DNA of 63,682 nucleotides, filler included, from Octopus bimaculoides (taxonomy: Eukaryota): the NCBI RefSeq assembly GCF_001194135.2. It is 4 parts of 4 records of this genome, joined end to end, with 100 filler letters (N's around TTAATTAATTAA, not from the genome) between each part and the next. Parts side by side here need not be neighbours in the genome. Positions count along the whole stretch, not along the records: positions 53,044 to 56,468 come from NC_069003.1; positions 56,569 to 63,682 come from NC_068985.1; 2 more parts are not named here. The stretch is one strand, 5' to 3'. Under the pieces are notes generated by a model. It searched no databases. It had not been told where the DNA came from and was given only the letters and a program-made list of their open reading frames with translations. Shown in pieces: positions 54,607 to 63,682 of this stretch. Within the stretch, counting starts at the first letter, position 1; each line of letters begins with the position of its first letter. The position numbers and the translations under genes were made by a program.

Positions 54607-54650
54607 GCATTTGACATTTCAGTTATATTATTATTGTTGTTGTTATCATT

Positions 54651-55095
54651 GAAGGGAGCGAGCTGGCAGAATCGTTAGCACACCAGGCAAAATGCTTAGC
54701 AGTATTTCATCTGTCTTCACATTCTGAGTTCCAATTCTGCCAAGGTCAACTTAGCCTTTCATTCTTTTGGGGTCAATAAATCAAGCACCAGTGAAACACA
54801 AGGGTCGATGTAATCAACTAGTCCCCTCCCTGAAAAGTTCAGGTCTTATGCCTTAAGTAGAAAGGATTACTATTATTATTATTATTAAGGTGGTGAGATG
54901 GCAGAATCGTTAGCACGCTGGGTAGAATGCTTAGCAGTATTTTATCCATCTTTACACCTGGGTTCAAATTCTGCTGAGGCTCACTTTGCTTTTCATCCTT
55001 CCAAGGTCAATAAAATAAGTACCAGTTGAGTACTGGGGGTTGATGTAATTGACTATCCCCCTTGTGCTTTTGATAGAAACAATCATTATTTTTAT
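54651..55095 (+). mobile_element. Tandem pair of SINE family 3 copies
   Basis: gagctggcagaatcgttagcac... at 54660 and gatggcagaatcgttagcacg... at 54897, separated by (ATT)n at 54867-54886. Confidence 0.85.
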
Positions 55096-55229
55096 TAATA
55101 ATTTTGTTCATCATGTACAAGGAGATATGTATTCACCATTATTTTTATTTTATTCAATTTTAGAAAAACTGAAACATGTCTTTGACAATTCCTGAGCATA
55201 TTCAACTTATTTTTCTGTCTGGTCTTAAG

Positions 55230-55599
55230 AGCACAACCAACAGAACCATTGCTGACACCTTTAACCAAAAGCATGCTGGGAAAAGTCATGTCGCATTGAC
55301 CAACAGTTGGTCAATGAATCAAAAAATCCTGGGCAATAAGCAATGTGCGTGACAAATACCAAAGTAGGCTCCTTGTAGTTTGGAAAAAGATCCAAAGATG
55401 GTGGCAGGAAACTGGCATTCCTCATACAACAATGGAAGGAATTATGAAAGCTGCAGATGATGGACATTTTGAACACTTGTAATCATACTGTTGACATTTT
55501 CTAATTTGATTAGCTTTGTAATTAAATATAAAAAATTGTTTTTGAAATGTGCAATTAAATGAATTTTAATCTTGGTGCATGACTTTTAACCCACCTTGA

Positions 55600-55600
<1 letters not shown>
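55230..55600 (+). mobile_element. 3' end of an ITm transposase relic
   Basis: ...TTMEGIMKAADDGHFEHL* followed by an AT-rich stretch and a TIR-like ggtgcatgacttttaacccaccttg. Confidence 0.45.
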
Positions 55601-55641
<41 letters not shown>

Positions 55642-55842
55642 ATGCAATTATGTTTATCTGTCTCACACACATGCAAATGAACAAATGCAAATTTCATAAT
55701 TTATGTTAATTTATTTAACTGTTTAAAAAGTTAGTAAACAAATACCTGGGTTATAATAATATTTAGGGTAAAATTGTGAAGTCCGTTGCAAATATGTTAC
55801 CCTTTATAGATAGACGGTCTTTTACAAACCAAGCATTTCATA

Positions 55843-55880
<38 letters not shown>

Positions 55881-56091
55881 ATTTATATGTATGTGTATGT
55901 TAGATATACACATATTTATATATGTACACAAATACACACACATATATATATAAACACATATATACGAGTGTGCATATATGTGTGTGTGTGTGTGTGTGTG
56001 TATCAGCATGTATGTGCTATATATACATATACACATGTAGTTATACATGTACATATAAATACACACATTATATATATATATATATAAAATA

Positions 56092-56452
56092 TATAGTTTT
56101 AGGGAAAATAACCAATTTTCAAGAACTCATCGATGAAAATCCACTATCACATATAGAAAAATTAAGAGTAGCTCAACATATGCACTCATTTAAGAATAGA
56201 AATTTAATTAATTCTACTGGCCTCAGTAAATATATATGGGAACTTAAAGCTAAAAATATTAACTATATTTTAAAATGGGAGATAGTTTGTAAAGCTAAAT
56301 CCTATCATATAGGTAATAACTTTTGTAATTTATGTAATAATGAATTTAAAGAGATATTATTTCATAAGGATAATAATTTACTTAATTCTTTTGATGAACG
56401 AAAAATAAAATGTAGACATAAACTACTTTATTTATATAAAAACTTTAGCTAA
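56092..56452 (+). pseudogene. Penelope-like element GIY-YIG C-terminus (Neptune-like, Cys-containing)
   Basis: RVAQHMHSFKN...STGLSKYIWELK...YILKWEIVCKAKSY...CNLCNNE...NLLN...KCRH. Confidence 0.82.
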
Positions 56453-56468
56453 TGATTTTTTTTATTTT

Positions 56469-56568
56469 NNNNNNNNNNNNNNNNNNNNNNNNNNNNNNNN
56501 NNNNNNNNNNNNTTAATTAATTAANNNNNNNNNNNNNNNNNNNNNNNNNNNNNNNNNNNNNNNNNNNN
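56469..56568. other. Artificial scaffold spacer 44N-TTAATTAATTAA-44N
   Basis: Same 100-bp layout. Confidence 0.95.
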
Positions 56569-57813
56569 TTTCAACATGTCGAAAAATAATGTTCTAGCAA
56601 TTTTTGCTATTACGAAAGGGCTTTGAACATAGTCATTTCTATAGACTAGGGATTCTCGATGGGGTCTAATGACCCCATCTAAATAAATGTTCTTGGCTTT
56701 GTAAGACACTGTTACTAGATCACTGGATTCGGGGATGTTTATGGGTATGTCTATGAAGGACATTTTCTTTTTTTTCCTTTCTGTGTTCGGGGGCTTGGGT
56801 ATTTTAGCTCGAATTGCTTTCGGGGAATCAGTTTTTTTTTTGTCTTTTCCTAGAGCACACTTTATACTCGTCTGTAGTCACAATTTTTTCTTCTTCACTA
56901 TCCGTAATGCACTCCTCTCTTAAGTGTGTTACCTCTTGGTGGGATGAACTCCTGGTAACAGCCTCCTTGGCTGGGAGTTCACCCTTTTTGGTAGGTGCGT
57001 TTTTTTCCGCAACCTCTGTATCCAGGGGCGCACTTTCTTTGTTTTTTCTATTGTTTTCAGGTACATCCTTTTTTGTTTCAGGTTTTTTTTATTGTTTTTT
57101 GGTCCTTTGGGGTAACTTCCTTGGAGGTGGAGGGGACAGGTGTAGGTTGGTCTGATTTCTTGTTTTCGGGGCACTTCTCTTTTATGTGGCCCTTCTTGTT
57201 GCACTTGTAGCACCGAGGTTTTCTCCCTTCTACGTGAATAGAGATGTTCATGTCGTTCATTACAATAGTTTCCGGTAAATCCTCCAGGTGGATGCTTGTG
57301 GCTTGGGCCAGAATCTCTAGGGTCTGACCTCGCCAATTTAGTGGACCGTCTCGTATTATTTCGATTATCTTGATTATTTTGATATTTTCCTCTCTCCTGC
57401 GGAGGAGGGTGGCCAAAATCCACCCTACTTCTGCTTCAGGGGGGATGTTTTTAATTTTAATCCTGGATGTTCTCCGTCACAGGTATAATGGTAGCAGCAG
57501 AATATTTCCACTTTGCAAAGTTCGAGTCGAATATTCTCTTGCACGTTCTGACGACTCGAACCTTGCTTCCACAGTTGCGAATTTCATTCCCCTTGTTAAA
57601 TATTTAATTTCGATCATTGTTGAACCAAGACATTTTTCAATTGTCCCCTCCTCCAAGTGTTCAAATTTCTTTGTCTCTACATTGTAGGTTTTGTCGATAA
57701 TTGTTCGTTCTTTTATTTTGTTTTGTAGTTCGCTTGGAGGTGAGATCTTAGCTTCACCATCTTTTTCTGTTATCATCCCGTAAAACTTCTGTATTTCTTC
57801 AATTTTAAATTGA
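56569..57813 (-). pseudogene. ORF1/gag-like protein with a CCHC zinc knuckle (L1/Tx1-like non-LTR ORF1)
   Basis: One frame is open from the gap edge 57813 to 57078 apart from a single TGA at 57477-57479. It contains IHVEGRKPRCYKCNKKGHIKEKCP (CX2CX4HX4C); frameshifts in A-runs follow. Confidence 0.75.
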
Positions 57814-58749
57814 NNNNNNNNNNNNNNNNNNNNNNNNNNNNNNNNNNNNNNNNNNNNNNNNNNNNNNNNNNNNNNNNNNNNNNNNNNNNNNNNNNNNNNN
57901 NNNNNNNNNNNNNNNNNNNNNNNNNNNNNNNNNNNNNNNNNNNNNNNNNNNNNNNNNNNNNNNNNNNNNNNNNNNNNNNNNNNNNNNNNNNNNNNNNNNN
58001 NNNNNNNNNNNNNNNNNNNNNNNNNNNNNNNNNNNNNNNNNNNNNNNNNNNNNNNNNNNNNNNNNNNNNNNNNNNNNNNNNNNNNNNNNNNNNNNNNNNN
58101 NNNNNNNNNNNNNNNNNNNNNNNNNNNNNNNNNNNNNNNNNNNNNNNNNNNNNNNNNNNNNNNNNNNNNNNNNNNNNNNNNNNNNNNNNNNNNNNNNNNN
58201 NNNNNNNNNNNNNNNNNNNNNNNNNNNNNNNNNNNNNNNNNNNNNNNNNNNNNNNNNNNNNNNNNNNNNNNNNNNNNNNNNNNNNNNNNNNNNNNNNNNN
58301 NNNNNNNNNNNNNNNNNNNNNNNNNNNNNNNNNNNNNNNNNNNNNNNNNNNNNNNNNNNNNNNNNNNNNNNNNNNNNNNNNNNNNNNNNNNNNNNNNNNN
58401 NNNNNNNNNNNNNNNNNNNNNNNNNNNNNNNNNNNNNNNNNNNNNNNNNNNNNNNNNNNNNNNNNNNNNNNNNNNNNNNNNNNNNNNNNNNNNNNNNNNN
58501 NNNNNNNNNNNNNNNNNNNNNNNNNNNNNNNNNNNNNNNNNNNNNNNNNNNNNNNNNNNNNNNNNNNNNNNNNNNNNNNNNNNNNNNNNNNNNNNNNNNN
58601 NNNNNNNNNNNNNNNNNNNNNNNNNNNNNNNNNNNNNNNNNNNNNNNNNNNNNNNNNNNNNNNNNNNNNNNNNNNNNNNNNNNNNNNNNNNNNNNNNNNN
58701 NNNNNNNNNNNNNNNNNNNNNNNNNNNNNNNNNNNNNNNNNNNNNNNNN

Positions 58750-58789
<40 letters not shown>

Positions 58790-58790
<1 letters not shown>

Positions 58791-58938
58791 CGACGGGCTT
58801 CTTTCAGTTTCCGTCTACCAAATCCACTCACAAGGCTTTGGTCGGCCCGAGGCTATAGTAGAAGACACTTGCCCAAGGTGCCACGCAGTGGGACTGAACC
58901 CGGAACCATGTGGTTCGTAAGCAAGCTACCCTCACCAC
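58790..58938 (-). mobile_element. SINE family 1, tRNA-side half
   Basis: acgacgggcttctttcagtttccgtctaccaaatcc...ggaaccatgtggtt; CpGs retained. Confidence 0.9.
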
Positions 58939-59036
58939 GGACCCTCGCCGAATTAAATGTTTCTTATAAACAGACAAGCTACTCGAGTTGTAAATTATAA
59001 CCTGAACATAATTTTTATCAAGTTCTCAAGAAAATC

Positions 59037-59207
59037 AAAGGGCCAGCCTTGTCGCATTCTGTGTCACGCTGAATCTCCCCAAGAAGTAAGTTAAGGGTAC
59101 ACGTGTCTGTGAAGTGCTCAGCCACTTGCACGCTAACTTAACCAGCAGGTTGTTCTGTTGATCGAATCAACCAGAACACTCCTCGTCGCAACCGACGGAG
59201 TACCGGT
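59037..59207 (+). mobile_element. SINE family 2, 3' part
   Basis: aaagggccagccttgtc...gttaagggtacacgtgtctgtg...accgacggagt matches 10227-10392. Confidence 0.85.
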
Positions 59208-60017
59208 TTTCTTTACCTTTTATTTGTTTCACCGAGTTCGGTCTCTAATATAAGTCCGACTCTTCTGTCGTTCTCCTTTCTAATTCTATTCTTCCTTTCC
59301 CGTTTTCTATCTTCAGCTTCATTTTCTCTTAAATATTCGCAAACTTAATTTTCTCCAAAAATATCGTTCTTGCTTTTCACGCCAACAAAATCTTCACAAT
59401 TTAGAGAAAATCCTTTCTTTGAATCCCTTGTTGCAGGCATTCTTAATTTCGGATCCTATTTTTGTTATGTTACATTTCTGTATTTGTCTCTCCTTCGTTT
59501 TTCACCAGTTTCCTTTCGTTATCAATTCATTAAAGAAAGAGAAAAATCTCCCTTCTCTGCATGCATTTCCATGTTGATTGTTTAAGTTCTGCTATCTCTC
59601 AACGAGTAAATCTATGGAAGTATCCACCATTATTTCTAACTACAGTGGTTGCTGCATATATTATATCGCTAATCTTAGCTGTAGTGATATTCGTGATCAT
59701 TTTAATTAAACCCTGGACGGCCAGGTTTCCGTTTTCCATTCATGAAGATATCTTATCACTCAGATTTATCCTTGGGCGTTGCTTCCGTTGATTCACAGGA
59801 AATCCATTGATTTTGTTTCTTTCATTATTTCCGTCTTCACATTGTAATGTTCATGACAATTTACCAGGGAAAAATATTTGTTTCCTTCGTCTTTATTCGT
59901 TTCTGGGGATGTTCATTCTTACACGCACCATTTTTCGATTTTTCTGTACATTAGTTTCAAAGTTCCCTTTCTCCAATTGTTAATCTTTGGCTAAATGATA
60001 CGGTTTTAATTTATGTT

Positions 60018-60050
<33 letters not shown>

Positions 60051-60256
60051 CCTTTCTACTAAAGGCACAGGGCCTGAAATCTTAGGGAAGGGGACCAGTC
60101 GATTACATCGACTCCAGTGTTTCACTGGTATTTAATTCATCGACCCCGAAAGGATGAAAGGCAAAGTCGATCTCGGTGGAATTTGAACTCAGAATGTAAA
60201 TGCCGCTAAGCATTTTTCCCGGCGTGTTAACGACTCTGCCAGTTCGCTGCTTTAAT

Positions 60257-60290
<34 letters not shown>

Positions 60291-60600
60291 TCAAATGGAC
60301 TCGAAGAAATACAGAAAAATGCAAAGAAACGTTGTGAATGATGTATTAATGATTTCTAATTTAGGCACAAAGCTAGCAGTTTTCAAAGAAGGGGTCAATC
60401 GATACTATCGACCCTAGGACTTGACTGGTACTTTATTGTATCGACCCCCTAGAGGGAAGGAATAGCAAAGCTGACTTCGGGAAATTTCAACTCAAAATGT
60501 AAAAAAAAATGCCAGAACAAATACCGAATCTCATACACGCGTGTGTGTGTGAGACTGTGCAATTATTTTCTGACGCTCTAACGGTTCTGTGACTGCTGTC
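60018..60600 (-). mobile_element. Tandem pair of SINE family 3 copies
   Basis: 60051-60254 is near-consensus with tail 60018-60050; a degenerate copy lies at about 60345-60600; (AAT)n lies between them at about 60257-60288. Confidence 0.82.
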
Positions 60601-60957
60601 TTAAAAGAAAATAATATGAGACAAATAGACGTGAAGCAAACGTAGAGTAGAGACGGCATGTTATTGACGAGATCGCGAAATAGCAACGAAAGGACTTTGA
60701 CACACCAGGCTGATTAACTGACCAAAGAGAATGTGTCCTGTGTATTACACGTGACACGCATGACAAGTAAACGGTTTAATCTTTCAATAATTGATGTTTC
60801 TCTTCCCTCTTCTATTTGACCTGAAGTTCCACTGCATGATGAAACTGATGCCTTTCATTGCAGCAATCTCGGGCCTCCTTTCACTGTAAGATAAATCACT
60901 CACTTTCTTCACCAAAATTAATTTTCCATCTGAATGGAAAAAAAAAACTGTTTTATC

Positions 60958-61295
60958 ATGGTTGTGTAGTAAGAGGTTTGCTTGCCAGCCACACGGTTCC
61001 GGTTTCAGTCTCACTGCCTGGAACCTTGAGCAAATGCCTCGGGCCGGCCAAAGCCTTGTGGTTGGATTTGGTAGACGGAAACTGAGTAATCCTTCGTGTG
61101 TGTGTCTTCCCGCTTGACAACCGGTGTTGGTATGTTTACGTCCTCGTAACCTAGCGTTTCATCAAAAGAGTCCGATACAAAAAGTACCAGGCTGTAAAAT
61201 TAAGTACTGGGGTCGAGTCGTTGGAGTAAAAAATCTTCAGGGCGTTGCCCCAGCATGGCCGCAGTCTAATGAGTGAAACAAGTAACAGATAGAAT
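60958..61295 (+). mobile_element. Full SINE family 1 copy with a short internal (GT)n
   Basis: tRNA-like head, gccttgtg..ggatttggtagacggaaactg, (GT)5, then cgcttgacaaccggtgttgg...ccagcatggccgcagtc. Confidence 0.85.
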
Positions 61296-61649
61296 ATATA
61301 ACATATCAATTGAAAAGAAGGTCGTAGCTATCATAGAAATTGTTTTTAATGAAAATGGCGATCATTTTTACTTAGCATCTATTTTACATAACAGGCGAAT
61401 AGACACAGCATCTCGTTCATATTGCGTCACAAAGATAAATGGAAAACGAAGGATGATAAGATTTTTCTTTAGCACTTGGAAATATTTCTCTGCAATTATG
61501 ACATCCGATACTTACCTGGTAAAGATAACAGAGCTATTGATGTTCTTATCGGATTCTCTTCTATAATATTTCCTGGAATCACAGATTTTCATAAGCTGTT
61601 GAATCGACCTGTGAAAAAACGACTAAGTCAATATGTCAGTTCTAAATAA

Positions 61650-62600
61650 TTATCATTTTCTTTGGAAGATGTCTATTAAAATATCACGAATTAATCAGTT
61701 GCATGCGATCCATCTTTCTCATGATAAACTTAAGCTTTGTCAAGTCCATCTGACCGTTTCACTATCAACTTCAAATGCCTTCTGCAATTGAATAACTTTT
61801 ATCGATATTTATTTCGTGGTATAAGATGACTAGATAGGGTTTCCCTTTATACTGGTTCGTTCTGATATGACAATTCCAACAAGAGTTTACTATCTTCAAA
61901 ATAGCTTTCTCGCATGTTTGGTATTCCAATTTCGATCTATTCTTACAGAGAATCACAATTAATGTCATAAAGTGTCTGTCTGAGAATCGAAACCACGACC
62001 ACACGATCGTGAGTGCAACAACTTAAGCCACTAGGCCACGTGCCTTTACCTCATCGCTAATCTCATATCATATACCCAAGGATTAAATTCACACTGTCTT
62101 AACGGCTGATATTGTCCCGTCTGAAACCACGTTCATTGTGGTATGTCTTCATCTACAGACGATATTACCCGGATAGCAGTCTAATTGGTCATCGCTCTTT
62201 GACGTGAATCCGTTTCTACCAGCCAAGAAGGCATTCCAGCGAACTTCACAAGAAATCGATTAAATTGTAGTTCAACTGAAGAGACTTCTTATAGTGATTT
62301 GTGATTTCTTATGTCGATTTGTTGAAAAACGTCCCAAGCAAACTCTGCGTTCCTTGATGGGAAGGAAGAAACAAGCTCCGGGTTCCATTGTCTATAAGTG
62401 CCACAGTGACAGATGGGCAAGTCAGTTCCTGCAAGCAATATAAGCGAAAGACATACAGTGACCATTCTGTTATTAAAGAGGAATTTCACGCTCCCATCAC
62501 TCGAATCTCCTCATTGCTCAACAAGAATCCGGAAGATTACATTTTCGAAAACCGATGAATCCTATAAAATTATTACTTTCGGTCTATATGCGTCATGGTA
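61650..62600 (-). mobile_element. Possible decayed pogo/Tigger DDE_1 transposase
   Basis: Reverse strand NRMVTVCL...AGTDL...GTYR...AW.VFQQ and QYQPLRQ loosely resemble DDE_1 motifs; read by eye. Confidence 0.3.
61977..62050 (-). mobile_element. tRNA-derived SINE head
   Basis: Reverse strand TGGCCTAGTGG (A box) and GGTTTCGATTC (B box). Confidence 0.65.
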
Positions 62601-63649
62601 TTATTTAATTTAACGAGGGTAGCCGGTCATTGGCAATAAAAATGGACAAATTGTTCTTCGATTACTAAAGTTGAAATTTTTCAAGTGAACAGAACTATAG
62701 GATCGCCAAATAAATTCATTCATTTACCCCACCGCATTCCCAGTTATATTTTGATTTTGCTTGTTCGTTCACACGTTACGCTTTAGTTTGTGGAGGTGGA
62801 GTGAGAGTGACAGAGAATGAGGGAGATTGAGAGGATAGGGAGTGAGTGAGATAGCAGATAGCCAGCTGGTGCATTACGCTGTCACTCACACGGTTAATGG
62901 AAATGAGAGGTGAAGAGAAAGAGACAGAAATGTAAACGACGTGAAGAAGGGAATTACATGGTTGAAAAGTTTATTGAAGAAAAGTGTAGAGAGAAAAAGC
63001 GAGGGAACGAGAATGAGGGAAATTTAAAGTGTTTAGTAGAAAATTTTGAAATCATATATAATTGTCACTGGAGAGGAAATAACTTAATAAATTAGCCGTG
63101 AATGTTATTATTTTTAACTTGCAATGGAATTCAAACAAACCATGAAAATAAAAAATATTGTGCATATTCTCTATATTGTTTTTTGTACATTAATTGTATA
63201 TAATGTACAGTAGCTATGATAAAATATTGCGTAATAAGGAATATGCAATTACATATCATGCAGTTTTAATAAAATTAAATACTAATCATATGATGTATTG
63301 TATAGATTGTTAATGTAAATTTTTATATCATTTATTGCACGGAGAACAATAAGATTTATACGCAATAAAAATGAATATCATCCTTTCTTTTTTAAATAGT
63401 TCCATTTAATTTTTCCCGTTCCATGGAATTTCCACCGGTCCCTCTACTTTATTTCAATCCTTTCCAATGCTGCTTGAATTAACACGAAAAATATTTTTAC
63501 CATAGCATTTTATGGGCTTTTTTTTTCTATCTCTATTCTTCCTCTACAACTATTGTTTATTGCTTTTGAAATTCGAATAAATTGTACCGTTTTTTCAGAC
63601 AATCTAATATTTGATTTTCTGCAATTGTTTCTAGTCACAACAATTGTGA

Positions 63650-63682
<33 letters not shown>

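Noticed and set aside
56092-57813. A single element combining GIY-YIG and a zinc-knuckle ORF
   Set aside because: The two parts are on opposite strands and separated by an artificial spacer.
4702-59000. Long ORFs dominated by X, or by IY/VC/HT, poly-L, poly-I, poly-N or poly-H runs
   Set aside because: They are translations of N gaps and di- or trinucleotide microsatellites and provide no coding evidence.

Overview
AT-rich, repeat-dense eukaryotic genomic DNA with 17 N gaps and many microsatellites. The repeat landscape resembles a coleoid cephalopod such as Octopus; this is recognition-based inference, not a database result. I find no supportable intact host protein-coding gene, and most listed ORFs are microsatellite or gap artefacts. 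Explainable content: three tRNA-derived SINE families (about 20 copies or fragments); several ITm (Tc1/mariner) DNA transposons, including a full-length 1.28-kb mariner with TIRs and TA TSDs; relics of RLE-clade (R4/NeSL-like) and RTE-like LINEs; a young-looking zinc-knuckle ORF1; two Penelope-type GIY-YIG relics; and Helentron/HINE-like pieces. The most notable signal is a set of six type-I hammerhead-ribozyme-like motifs. One has an intact core (53519-53577). Its homologue lies inside a 475-bp element with 83-bp inverted arms (31909-32383). Another follows a tRNA-like Pol III head directly downstream of a Penelope GIY-YIG ORF (50885-51610). Three 44N-TTAATTAATTAA-44N spacers are artificial joins, so adjacency across them is unproven.
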